Positions 50,437 through 62,896 of a stretch of DNA of 64,000 bases are shown piece after piece. The stretch's first letter is position 1; every line of letters begins with the position of its first letter. The translations under genes and the position numbers were made by a program. The DNA comes from Ostrea edulis (lineage: Eukaryota), in NCBI RefSeq assembly GCF_947568905.1, contig NC_079173.1, positions 31,310,001 to 31,374,000 on the forward strand, in the 5' to 3' direction. The notes under the pieces are model-generated. The model was not told where the DNA came from, did no database searches, and worked only from the letters and a program-made list of their open reading frames with translations.

Positions 50437-51680
50437 CCCTGACCTTTGACAATGTAACCTCCAAATCAATAGTGTTCATCTACTTACAATATATCAGTGT
50501 GTCAAGTTTGATGCCTGTAAAGCAAAAAGGTTCTCAATATATTGAGAGGACAGTATATTCCTATGTCCAGTTTGACCCTTGACTTTTGACCATGCGACCT
50601 CAAAAGCAATAGCTATGTCAGTGTACGAAGTGTGGTGTCTGTCAAGCAAAGGGTTCTCAAAATATTGAGCAAACAGTATCTTCCCATGTCCAGTTTGACC
50701 CTTGATCTATGCCTTTGTGACACCAAAATCAATAGGAGTCATCTACTTCTTACGATGTACCAGTGTGCCAATTTTGATGGCTGCCAAACAAAGAGTTATC
50801 AAATATTGAGCGAACAGTATATTCCTATATCCAGTTTGACCCTTGACCTTTGAGCATGTGATAACGAAATCAATAAAAGTATTTTTCTACTTATGATGTA
50901 CCAGTGTACCAAATTTGATGTCTGTCAAGCAAAGGGTTCTCAAGTTATCGAGCGGACAGTATATTTCTATGTCCAGTTTCACCCTTCACCTTTAACCATA
51001 CGACCTAAAACAATAAGGGTCATCTACTCCTTACAATGAAGCAGTGTACCAAGTTAGATGTCTGTAAAACAAGGGGTCCTCCAGACATTGAGGAGGCAAG
51101 ACATTCATATGTCCAGTTTCAGTATGTGACCTCAACATCTATAAAAGGTATCTACACCTTAATATGTACAAGTATGCCAAGTTTGATGTCTTTTAAGCAA
51201 AGGTTTCTTAAAATATTTAGCAGACTGTATCTTCCCATGTCAAGTTTGATCCTTGACCTTTGATCATGTGACATAAAAACAATTGAGGTCATCTACTCTT
51301 TACGGTGTGCCATTTTACCAAATGTGATGTCTATCAAGCAAAGTGTTTTAAAGATATTTAGCGGATATGATCTTCCCATATCCAGTTTGACCCTTGGCCT
51401 TTGACCACGTGACCCCGAAATCAATAGAAATTATCTACTTCTTACGATGTAGCGGTGTACCAATTTTGATGGCTGTCAAGCATAGAGTTCTCAACATCTT
51501 GAAAGGACAGTATATTCCTATGTCCAGTTTTACTCTTGACCTTTGACCACGTGACCTAAAACAATAGAGGTAATCTATTCCTTACGATGTACCAGTGTAC
51601 CGAGTTTGACGTCTGTCTAGGAAAGGGTTCTGAAGATATTGAGCAGACAGTATTCACTTGTATCCAGTTTACCATTGAGC
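50437..51680. repeat. ~141-bp tandem (satellite-like) array, ~9 diverged copies
   Basis: The anchor TCCAGTTT recurs at 50566, 50689, 50830, 50972, 51112, 51240, 51381, 51523 and 51663. Confidence 0.9.
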
Positions 51681-51684
51681 TTCG

Positions 51685-51955
51685 ATTGATTGATTGAATC
51701 TTGCTTAATGTTTCTCTCCAGAATTTCTCACTCATATGGAGAAGTCACTAAGACCGGTGACGGGCGTCAAATTTAGGCCTTTGCTCGGCGCTTACGGCCA
51801 TCGAGCAGAGAGGGATCTTTAGCGTGCCACACCTACTGTGACACGGGACATCCGTTTTTAATGTCATCTATGAGGACCCTTGACATTCACACCTGATGCC
51901 GAGCGTTTGGCGATGGAATTGTCCCTACCTGTTTTAACGACTTATGTCTGTCTTG
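51685..51955 (-). mobile_element. tRNA-SINE, 5'-truncated
   Basis: The body is nearly identical to 41975-42200, with an (ATCA)n tail at ~51685-51700. Confidence 0.8.
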
Positions 51956-54159
51956 GTCCATTTTGGGACCTCTTTAAACACAGACTGTGGTGTACGTTAT
52001 CGGCGCCCAACTCCAGGCCATGGTGATTGCAAAGTTGTTGTTTCACTGCAGTGTCTTGGTGTGCCGCTATTTTGTCGGGGTCTTTCAATATAGTTAATGT
52101 TTTTGCAATTTGAATGGTTTAGTAATTTTTTTAGATAGATAGAATCCATTATTTAGACATTTTGTAATCACAATTTGGTAGCTTTGTAAATTTTTGTGTG
52201 TACAAATGTGATGGATTTGTCTATGGATTAGGTGTTCTCTGTGTTTGCTTGTGCCCCTCCCCGGATACTCCAGCACTCGAGCGGCATAACACCGCGTCCC
52301 CGAATTTACACATGAGTGAGTTGGTAGGCAATGTAGATGTGGGAGTTCCCTCGGCGGCATGAAAGGTCGTAAGTTAGATTTGTTTTCTCAGGGAACATCA
52401 TGGGTGGTGATTATTTCACTCCGTCCTTGCCTTCTTACTTAAGGGAGGAGTTCGAAGGTTAATGGATGCCAATGTTTGGGATGAGGTTTACTAGTCCCCA
52501 GTTCATTTCTCGAGAGGTTGACAGTTGTTAGATGGGGATCTCCGTATTGTTGGTACGACTTCCCGGAGCACTTTCTTAGTTTCGTTTGACCCAAGAAAAG
52601 TTCCAGCCATAATACCAGAAGGTGTAGGGATTTAGATTGGTTGGCTGACGACTACTCGTCCACCATGGGGGAGGGAGTCAGTTTTGCCCGATATCCCAGT
52701 GAGGCCTACTACGACTATATAGTTGAGGGTTACATATCCAGTTCTGAGAATCTCCCAGAATATCTAATCCCCGTCACTGCATCCCCTCACTCCAGTGTCG
52801 GGAAGATCAGCCCAACCCCCTCGACAATAACGTGATGAGGAGGCCCCAGGTCAGTTCAGTCAGGATTTTTATCAGGGGTTCTATTCAGCGCTAGCACATA
52901 CATCAGAATCGCATTCTCTAAATGCTCTATAGTTGGGGCCGGGAGTTACCACCGGAACTCATCAGCTCCCATAGTCCCTTCATTGTCCCGATCTCCTCAC
53001 AGGACCCTCTGGCCATTTACCATACACTACAGCTTCGCAAAAGCTACTCATTCCATTTCCTTGACCCTATGTCTGGGGGAGTTCCCAGTACGCCTACTCC
53101 TTGGTATCCCCCATGGTTGGTGGTTATACGAGCACATATATGCACCACATTGTTGTCATGACCGTCCCCTATCAGCAGGTGTCTTCTGCTCACTTTCAGG
53201 CACAGTCTGGTACCACTGTTTGTAGGGGAGAGGGGGATGAATAACCAACGTTAAGTCCCAGTTAGGTAAACCATGATCACATACGTTATTCTCTCAACGT
53301 TCCACCTATGAGCTAACCCCAGTACCCCATACACTCTTCCCAGTCCCCAAATACTCTTGTACTGGTAAACACGCGATTCGCAAGAGCTTATTCTGCGTAA
53401 GATCAGGTTTGAAATCGAGGCAGGATACTGAAAAACACGTTGATGTCGCGTTTAAAGTCAGTATTTCGCAAATCAGATGATCATTATGATGATATACTTT
53501 GCCCATACAACCTATCATTGGGTCAAGTGCTGTCTGAAGTGTTTCATACTGATTGTTAGGCATACAGTTCTTGGCATATTGATGTTCACGACGGATAACT
53601 CCTTTTTCTTTATATAGGGCTCACAGCGGGTGTGACCGGTCGTCAGGGGATGCATGTTTGCCCAACTCTTTATTTTATATTCATTATACATGCAATGAAA
53701 TTGATCACTGTTCGTCATCTTTGCTTTTCACAAGTATGAAGCAAATACGGAATGCTCTCTGTTGGATGTGTTTTTGCGTTCGCTGAGATCACTGAATAAG
53801 TTTGTTTTGTAAATTTCTGATATGGAAATTGATGTAATATATTTTTAGAAGCGACAAATATAATTGGTCTGTGAACATACTTTTGGTAAATATTTTAGGT
53901 AAAATTCATTCTTTACCGAGTCACTTCTATGATCTCCCAACATTATAAATGTCATAAAATGTACATTAACCTTACAATGAGTTTGAACGATTTGACTGCG
54001 TGTACATAGGATCCACAAGAATTACATTGTTTTTCTTTAGTTTTAATCAAAGTTCAATAGTTCTTTCTGCAATATATATATGTATCATTTGATTTGGAAG
54101 CAGACGTTCAAGTTCGTTTAGATATTTCAGAGGCATCCGAATTGGATGATTTCGTTTAC

Positions 54160-54441
54160 CTGATTGTAGCTCAAATGTCCTTCTCCCAACTGTTTTTTTG
54201 GTTGCGACTATAAGTTGGTAATGTCCTTCATCATCCCTTGAAAACCGTTTCATGTGAAACGAATCCTTTCTCATTTGGCCAAATATTGACTTTCTAGTTT
54301 GTCTTAAAATTTCGAATCTGTTTCTAGGATGGTTTTTCTTTAGCCAGATGAACAGAGATGCATCAACATCAACGCTCGCCTTCAATTTTACGTCATTGCC
54401 GAACTTCAATTTTGGAACACTTAAATCTATCTGAGGTATAT
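54160..54441 (-). CDS. Putative immunoglobulin-like domain exon (282 nt, phase 1-1)
   Basis: Acceptor ttcatgtag| (54442-54443) and candidate donor G|GTAAAC. Open frame DIPQIDLSVPKLKFGNDVKLKASV..LFIWLK..DDEGHYQLIVAT, with the Ig-like Trp and DxGxY motif but no canonical Cys. Confidence 0.5.
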
Positions 54442-55764
54442 CTACATGAAAATAAAAGAAACGATTTTGTAAACAAAATTACATAAGCCTTGTTCTCGAA
54501 AAGTTATTGACTGCATTTCGCAAGAACTATCGGAACTCTTTGCTGTATATCAATTAAACTTAAATTGATAACAATCTATAGTTTTCTGAGATTTTGAGAA
54601 GATATAATGCTGAGACGGTTAACCGTGCTTTTTGTAGTTTAGTTGGTTAGCTCGACTCAGTATGCCGGGAATTAAACTCATGTAATAAAACACAAAATGA
54701 ATGAATAAATTTTAAACACTACATATATAGTAAATATAACACGAGTTATGGAGACATAATTTGACATATTGTGGTTAAAATTAGTTTTGTTCTGGGTTAG
54801 GAAGGGGCGATATATAACCCAGAACTAACTAACAACGTAAATATAAGATATATTCGTCGGTGATACAGAAATCATAATATAGTAGAATTTTCCATCCATG
54901 AAGCCGTCAATGCAATTTACCTTGGTTGACATTGTGATTATATTTTCATTGAATATAAAGCGCATTCTAAAATTCTTCTAAATTGTTGATTGAGAAATGA
55001 TGCCAAGTTTAAGTAGTTTCCGTTCTTATTCTGAAATATATATTCTGTGATCTAAAACTTCTTTGTTTGAAGTTTCCTTATATCTGATTTCTTTTCTATT
55101 TGAACGATGAATTTGCTTATCAAAAACTCAGATTACTTAGTTGTTCTTTCAGTTTTGATAATGTTTGAAAATCAACACGTACTTTGGATATCTTCAAGTT
55201 GAACATCTTCTACAGTGTCTGTCCATAAGAAAAAGAAATGTCGTCTCAAACTTCTATCCTCGTCATTAAACGTCATACATATCTGCAAAGATTATGTTAT
55301 GCAGGTAAATGTGGAAAGCGAAGTGTTTGATTTAAAGGGTTTTATTTGATTAACAATTATATCAGCAAGAATTTCAATTTTGGGTCATGATAATATGCTT
55401 TATATTCTCCCTCACTTTGTTCGTCCGAATATAAATTAATCATACTCTGAATGTGTATGTATAAATATGAAAAACATAAAACACCATGTTTGGAATGCTG
55501 CTCGTTAGAACGTTTTTATTAAACTCACAAACTTATCCCAACCGCCTGTAAATACACCAACAACACACATGTATTAAAATTAACTGGCTTCCATAATGCC
55601 TGTTATCCTTGACTCACGTTCTAACCGAGCTGTAGAGTGACCTATTCGAACATTCCTATTTATCTGACCATACCACGTGACACACATACACCAGAATGCT
55701 CACACAACACTTTGCATTGAAAATCAATATCCATAACGAAAATAATATTACATAAGCCCGTGGG

Positions 55765-55975
55765 GATCCGAGTTCGAATAGGTCCGTAATATCTCTTACT
55801 TGTCTTAAGGGATGATTAAATGGGGCGGTCCTCTTGATCAGACCGGGAAAAAAATCGAGGCCCTGTGTCACAGCTGGTGTTACATGATAAAATTCCCTCC
55901 CAAAGGCTGTAAGCGCCGAACTTAAACCTACATTTTTGCAACCCTTCACCGGCAATGATGGTGTCTCCTAATTGT
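55765..55975 (+). mobile_element. tRNA-SINE fragment
   Basis: GGCCCTGTGTCACAG.TGGTGT..GTAAGCGCCGAAC..AAATTT..CCCTTCACCGG..ATGGTG.CTCC. Confidence 0.7.
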
Positions 55976-57035
55976 CTATATCGTATAATTTGATCCGAAT
56001 CGCAAATATACAAAACTACACAATCGTCGATACATGCAAATGACCTCAAGTGCGCAATGATTCATTTAGCTGTGAAGCAGCCATCTAAGTTCTAGGTACA
56101 ACCGGAGCATGAAAAGAAATGCATACAAATAAAGGTGAAAATAACGAGCTGATCAATGTAATAAATTCCAAAGAAAGGTGAAGATAACAAACAGTTATCA
56201 ATCTCATAACTCCTATAAGCATTACATACACAATAAATAGTAGGGCAAACACGGCAAAGCTAAGACTACGGTATACACGGTATACACGGTCCCCTTGAAA
56301 TACCAGATATTGGATTAGGTGGCTAGTAGGAGGAAACATCCCCTGTAACTGGTCACACCTGTCGTGAGCTTTACATCCTGATATGAAACCCAGTCAAAAT
56401 CAGTATGCAAGAAACCGTCTGAATATTGGTATGAAGTAGATCAAATAACATTCAACCTAATGACAAATCATATTGGTGACGGAGATAAATAAAGATAAAA
56501 AGATGTTATTTGAGACTGTTGAAACCGTTGTAATATCAACTTATTTGTCGATAGCCTGCTTCGATTTAAAAATTTATCACACGCAGAACATACATACGAG
56601 ACATATAAACCCACATACGTTATATGCAAGTGATAATGGATAACTCCTAGATGAATAAGTGAAGTTGACGATGGAAAATCTAAGTTATCATGTTTATCAT
56701 ACTCACTTTTTTCAAAGTATGCGCAATTTCCTTGATGGATGCCATGCTTTGTTCCTTATTCCTTTTACTTGTATAGGAAGCATTGCTAAGATGTTTTAAC
56801 TGCACACCAATGTCAACAAAACTATCAAGACTCTTCATTTTGGTCTCTTGATCTATAGCTTGTTCTCCCGTTGTAGTGACAATTGAGTCACTTTTCTTCA
56901 GCAGAGAAGTGTAGAAAGTTCCAAATTCTTATGAAAACATAGACACATTTAAGAAAAATACGGCAATTTTTTTCCTGTGAAAAACATTTGTTTAGTTTTG
57001 ATATTTACATTCTAATTAATACATGAAACCAAGCA

Positions 57036-57166
57036 NNNNNNNNNNNNNNNNNNNNNNNNNNNNNNNNNNNNNNNNNNNNNNNNNNNNNNNNNNNNNNNNN
57101 NNNNNNNNNNNNNNNNNNNNNNNNNNNNNNNNNNNNNNNNNNNNNNNNNNNNNNNNNNNNNNNNNN
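57036..57166. other. Assembly gap (131 N)
   Basis: Direct reading. Confidence 1.
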
Positions 57167-57289
57167 GGCAGTATTTAAGTAATAGGGTTGTCATAGTTGG
57201 GAGCATTAAAATATATCCTTAATGTCTGCATTTCAAATGTCAATGTCTGCAAGTTTTGATGCAAGGGTTAGGGTACTTGATATAAAATA

Positions 57290-57870
57290 CTGTTAGTGTT
57301 TTATGTTCATAATATTGGTCCAAGTTTCTCATTTCTTTTTGAAATCTTAAAGTTCACAGTTTTTTGTAGCCATATATTACAAATTTGAATGTGTGTTTTG
57401 ATATCTATAAGTAATTCGTGAATATATAGTTTTTCATTCAAAGAACGCTTCTTATAAATGTATGATTTAAAAATCGGAAATATTAAGTATGTTTCACTGG
57501 TTTTAGAATCGAGGTTAAGTCCAAAGATAAAAGTTAATGGATTTCTTGGAATAATAATTCCCCTTCTCTGACAATACTCAAAACATGTATTGACTAAGTC
57601 TTGGTCAACATGCCACTCCCAAAGTATATGACAAATTGCCTCTTCATATGTATTACAAAAGTTGCATAATTTACTTTCTTTCAATCCTCTTTTAAACAAA
57701 AGGCTATTAGTTGTTAGAATATGATGGTTGATTCTATACTGTAGCCATTGTTGTTTGGAACTCTTAGTGTTAATGAACGGTAACCCCAAATAGTTTTCAA
57801 TCTAATTCTGATAAAGTAAGATACTATCCTCTTTTGGTTTATAAAATGATTTGACATTTTCATCCAAGTT
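57290..57870 (-). mobile_element. L1/Tx1-clade LINE 3' fragment (zf-RVT region)
   Basis: KQQWLQYRINHHILTTN..LFK..LCNFC..EEAICHILWE matches the L1/Tx1 C-terminal motif. Confidence 0.75.
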
Positions 57871-57894
57871 TAGGTTATAATACATAGTCCTACT

Positions 57895-58055
57895 ATTTGA
57901 TGTTGTTTGATGTTTTCCGCCACACTCAACAATTTTTTAGTTATCTGGTGGCGCCCAGTTTTTATTGGTGGAAGAGAGAACCCAGATACAATGTACATAA
58001 GTCCCTGGGAAGAGACCACCGACCTTCCGAAAGTAAACTGGGAAACTCTTTTTGG
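57895..58055 (-). mobile_element. 3' fragment of a second SINE family
   Basis: GGAAGGTCGGTGGT..CTTCCACCAATAAAACTGGGCGCCACCAGATAACT..GTGGCGGAAAACATCAAAC. Confidence 0.5.
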
Positions 58056-59306
58056 ATGAATAAAAGAGCTTGATATGAAAAGGTTCACTTCTTCCTTTAA
58101 AATTATCTGACTTTTCATGCTAGCTGTTATTGATTGATCACTGGTGTCCCGTAAAAGTAAATATTTCCTTAAACACTGGAGACCAAAAACGGGCGAGTGT
58201 AAACGCCGGAATGGGGCCGGAATGGGAGTAGTGACATGAATTAAAATCGCTATACTCTCGTGGTGATTCTACCGCGAGTGAGTCTCCATATTTTTTAAAG
58301 TCATAAATATGGAAATGCGGGTGCTTTATTTTGTATGCACAAAGTAGAACATTATTATGTTATTATAAACTAACAAGAATTAATAAAAACATGACACTTT
58401 TTTTTCACTTTCTCTCTCATTTTACGACATTCATGAAGTTACGATTGTGAACAAACGCTAGCTCAAATACATGGCCGTAGGAACCGGGGGGGGGGGGGGG
58501 GGGGGCGTGCCCCCCAATATTTTCCCCCCAAAAAATTCATTTAGTAAAATTCACATATAGTGTAATGTATAATTATTTTTAAGCAGAAAGTTCATTTAAT
58601 TCAATGAGACTCAGAGTCAGTCAGTGTGACTGTCCTTTAGCTTAAATTAAAAAAAATATTATGAAAAGCACTTAATGCCTTAACATTTCTTAGGGCATCA
58701 TCCAAAAGGTCGTAATCATGAGGTAATGGTTCGGTTCTCATTCCCAGCTCCGCATCTGGCGTCAAACCTATGATATGTAGTGACTGTTCCTTTGCCAAGT
58801 GCCCCGGCACTAGTGTCGTTTAAAGTCCTTTACCGGTATTTGTTGACGACTCATACCAGTGAAAAAATCTCGCAAGAGACGACTGATCAAAAGGTATCTA
58901 ATATGTGTGACCTTGACTAACTTTCAAGGTCTAATAATTCATTAGATAGCTTGTTCATAGAAACTTCGTCTTGATACAAAATTGTCTATGCCCAACTGCC
59001 CTAATACCAGTTCAACGTTTGTATATTTTCAAAATCTTTTTGTAAAGCTAATATGATGAATTGTTGACTTTTTTATCATCACAGTTTTTATGGTAAAGGT
59101 AAACCCGACAATGTGTGAAGTACTGTTTATCAGTGACGTAACACCCCCAATGTGACGTAGGATATGATGTGTAACAACTTTTTCAAAGCTTGTAAAGTCT
59201 CAGGCTGTCAAGACCTGTTTCATTCTCGGTCCAAGAGTAGACACTATCGTATCAGTGTAAGATCAACCTTCCGCACAGTTTTAACTTTGATAATATTTCA
59301 CAATGT

Positions 59307-60086
59307 ATGCCCAGACGGACGAAAGAAAGGCATTTTTTCGAAAAAGTGCACGAAGAAGCAAGGAATGCAGGAAAAAAGGGATGGGGAGCACTAAGTTTTC
59401 TTGTTAGACTCAAAGGGCAAATTTTTAAGAAATGTCCTCTTCTAACAAGCATGCCTAATATCCCAACTTCGAATATTCGAAAAGATGCTGTTTCCTCAGA
59501 GCTTTATCCAAATAATGCTCCTTCTGAACTTATCCCGATTCAGATATATGGTGATGGGAATTGTTTATTCAAAACCCTCTCTTTTTTTGTGTTTGGACAT
59601 GGGGACAATTTTAAAGAAATGAGGGTACGAATTGTGTTTGAACTTGTTTCAAACCTGAAGCGCAACACGAATGAAAACACTTTTGTGACCATGTCCACAA
59701 ACAAAAGTTCACTTCAATATGTCTTTGAAAGTTCCCTGTCAGAAGAGTGTTTAATTACTGGTGATTTGATTGCTTCGTTACAAAAGGAAACAATAAAAAC
59801 AACCCAGAACGGTTACTATTCAAGCCTTTTACATATGTTCGTAGCTTCTAACGTTTTGCAGAAACCAATCATGTCGATTTTCTCCGAGGTGCAAAACCCT
59901 GGTATAAACAGACAATATCATAATCAGCTTATTGTTCCTCTTGACCGTGCTGATGCTAAAGAATATCAGGATGTTATCCACATCATGTGGATTCACAAGC
60001 ATGAGGAACCTCTTTCAAAGCGTTCGAGGTTATCCTTTAAGGATTCTGAACCTCATCGCACATTTGAACCAACAATCACGAGATAG
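59307..60086 (+). pseudogene. Vertnin-like OTU cysteine-protease domain ORF inside the hAT element
   Basis: PIQIYGDGNCLFKTLSFFVFG..EMRVRIVFEL..SLLHMFVASNVLQKPIMSIF..IHIMW. A candidate NH motif (AATCAC, ~60069-60074) lies in a shifted frame. Confidence 0.65.
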
Positions 60087-60268
60087 TCCTTTCCCACTCT
60101 TGGAGTCTAACAGAAATGAGGAGTCTATTGCAACAGGTAAATTGGGGGAACTGCAAATAAAGAAACAGACAAACATGTTAAGGTTGCTTCCTTTATTGAT
60201 TCTTCTTCTTCTTCAGAAGATGATATCTCAGAAATACCAGTTCAAAAGGCCCAGGTTGTACATGAAAA

Positions 60269-61282
60269 ATGGCATATATTTTCTTTCCAGCAAAACAGTT
60301 TGGTAAAAAGATGAGATCTTTCAATGCCTCCTGGTTTGATCGGTGGTATTGGTTACATTATGTAGAAATCAAAGATGTTGTATTCTGTTTTCCTTGCATA
60401 CAATCATTTCAGAAGAAGACTCTCAGTTGTCACAAGAAAGAAAAAAGCTTTCAGATCAAGTGGTTTTAAAAACTGGAAAAAAGCAACCACAAAATTCGCC
60501 GCACACGAGAAAAGTGATTGCCATAAAGAGGCAATGGAAAGGGAGTTTATGATAAAGGAGGAGGTTAAAGATGTTGGAGAATGTCTTTCAAAGACGCACA
60601 AAGTCGAGAAGAAGTCTAACAGAGAGAATTTGCTTAAAATCACAAACATTTTGAAGTTTCTTGCTCGACAAGGAATTGCTCTTCGGGGTGACAAAGACGA
60701 AAAGAACTCAATTTTTAATCAACTTCTCATGCTAGAGGCTAAACGCGATCCCCAGCTTCAGGAATGGCTACAACGCAAGACAAATAAGTACGTTGCTCCA
60801 GATATACAAAATGAAATTTTGCAGGTGATGGGGTTGCAGGTTTTGCGACAAATTGTTGCTTTCATCAAATCGTCTGAATTCTTTTCAATAATGGCAGAAG
60901 AAACACGAGATATTTCCAACAAAGAGCAACTTGTTTTATGCATTCGATGGGTTGATCAAAATTTTACCGCTCATGAAGATTTATTAGGGATGTACTGTCT
61001 TTCTGACATTGGGGCTAATTCAATAACTCTAGCAATTAAAGATGCTCTTTTGAGGTTCGATCTGCCTATCAACAAAGTACGAGGCCAGTGTTATGACATG
61101 GCTGCTTCTACGGCTGGTTCAAAGACAGGTGTTGTAACACAAATTCATGCACTTGAACCCAGAGCCCTTTACATACACTATTATGGTCATGCTCTTAACC
61201 TAGCTTGCAGTGATTCTATTAAGGGGTGTAAGTTGCTTAGAGATACCCTGGACATTGCAAAGGATATAACAAAGTTGATTAA
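60269..61282 (+). pseudogene. hAT transposase (TTF-type Zn finger + DUF4371/ZMYM1-like catalytic N-half), frameshifted and truncated
   Basis: RSFNASWFDRW.WLHY..VFCFPC / GFKNWKKA..HEKSDCH / LARQGIALRG / FSIMAEETRDISNKEQL..CIRWVD / VRGQCYDMAA..G / YIHYYGHALNLA. The first catalytic D(E) region reads AEET. Confidence 0.88.
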
Positions 61283-61608
61283 AGGACTTGTCCCGTAATT
61301 TTAAAACTTGTATAATTTTATGAAAAATATTCTTTATACTATAGTTGAAAAGGATACTAAATACAATAAAAATTGTTGTGAGCATATTTACAGAGATATT
61401 GCGAGTTGAAATTCAAATACAGCAATATGCATATTTCGATCGGAGATTTACGCGCCATATTACTGTGACGTCATATGCGACAATTGGAATGAGAAAGCAC
61501 GTAGTAAGCCGGTGGTGATTTAGGTGATAATCCTATTATTTTATCTATAAAACCGCTTTAACAGCATTATCTGTGTATTTACCCATCAATTAATGGACTA
61601 TGGTGTAT

Positions 61609-61860
61609 TGTGCGGCATACGGTTGCACCAATATTCAGAAGAAAGGGTGCCGATTTAATCATTTTAGTTCCTCAAAGGATGCAGCTCGGAGGATGGCATG
61701 GATCACACACAAGTTTGATACTACAGATATTAGACGGTTGTGTTCAGAACACTTTTCAAAACTTCAGCTAGACCGAGATCCTGAGAACTAGAAGGCGACT
61801 GGCTTTGCAGGGGCAAAGATTCTACTTAAAGCATGCCAGGCCTAGATGTACATGTACCTC
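61609..61860 (+). pseudogene. Degenerate THAP domain
   Basis: MVYCAAYGCTN..KKGC..F..SKD..RR.AW..RLCSEHF..L, then an in-frame stop. A deletion is apparent between W and the C-x-x-H motif. Confidence 0.7.
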
Positions 61861-62848
61861 TTCGTTTGTTCAAAGTCCCTGAGTTACGGAATAATTGTGG
61901 TTTTCTATCGATACTATTTAAATGTGCTGGGATTTTTATTGTTATAGAGAAAAATATTTTTCAATGTTACAATGTTTGTTTTCAAATCGCTCGTGTCAAG
62001 TTCAAACTGCGTGTTGATGATTCTAAATAACAGGCGATTTTGTGAAAATGGCCGGCTTTCAATGCATGCCCGATGTTGTTTGTAATCTGAGCGATGAGAA
62101 AACACAAGAATCGGTAATTTTATCTATAATAATAGTTGTAATGGTCTATTCCATACCACACATAATAAAAACACAGGAAACGGTAATTTTGTTTGTGATA
62201 ATGATTTACCTGGAATTTACCTGGCCTACAGATCGGCTGTTATGTATATTTTTATGATATACACTGCACAGGAAACTTCTCAGGTTATCAAAAATTATGC
62301 TTAGTGTCTCGATTTGTGCAAAAAAAAAAAAAGTTCTACCTACATGCATACCGCATTTCTATTTCCCGAAACCTTCAAACTTGGTCATATTTATGTATTG
62401 CAGCTAACAGGTTTAGCCCATTTCAAAAACCTGTGCTTTTTAAAACTTCTAATTAAACTGTTATCTATCGTATATAAATAATTTCCTAAAATATAATATT
62501 ACCCGGTGTTTCCGGGCACTTCCTGGTGTCCTGGGAGTTCGTGGGTGTAGTACATGTAGGTAAAATATCCATGCTTCGAGAGAATGAATAAATCTAAGTA
62601 GAATTGTGTACATGTACAACATGATCAAGATACCCCTCAATATGGGCCGTCTGTAGGGTTTCTGTGGACGTAGTGTTTGTGTAATGATGGTATCCCAAAC
62701 AGTAGCTGACATATAGATAGTCTAACCCCCCCCCCTTTCTCTCTCTCCCTTACTCTCAATCATTGACTAAATGAGTAATTATTGTCATAAGATGCAACAC
62801 TATTGTCATATTATTTCATCTATCTTTATTATTGCTACAGTTTTACAC

Positions 62849-62851
<3 letters not shown>

Positions 62852-62896
<45 letters not shown>
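62852..62896. repeat. (CT)n microsatellite
   Basis: Direct reading. Similar tracts occur at 37898-37932 (AG) and 49607-49646 (CT). Confidence 0.95.

Larger units (their letters stand above)
58470..61282 (+). mobile_element. hAT DNA transposon, left part, truncated by a Kolobok-like insertion
   Basis: TIR-like left end CATGGCCGTAGGAACC(G)n..TGCCCCC followed by decayed transposase ORFs. It contains a SINE fragment at ~58690-58870. No right end in the window. Confidence 0.75.

Noticed and set aside
62420-62445. Candidate right end of the 61283 Kolobok-like element (CCTGTGCTTT|TTAA)
   Set aside because: It matches the left TIR poorly and hAT sequence does not resume. The 20-bp inverted repeat points to an end beyond the window.
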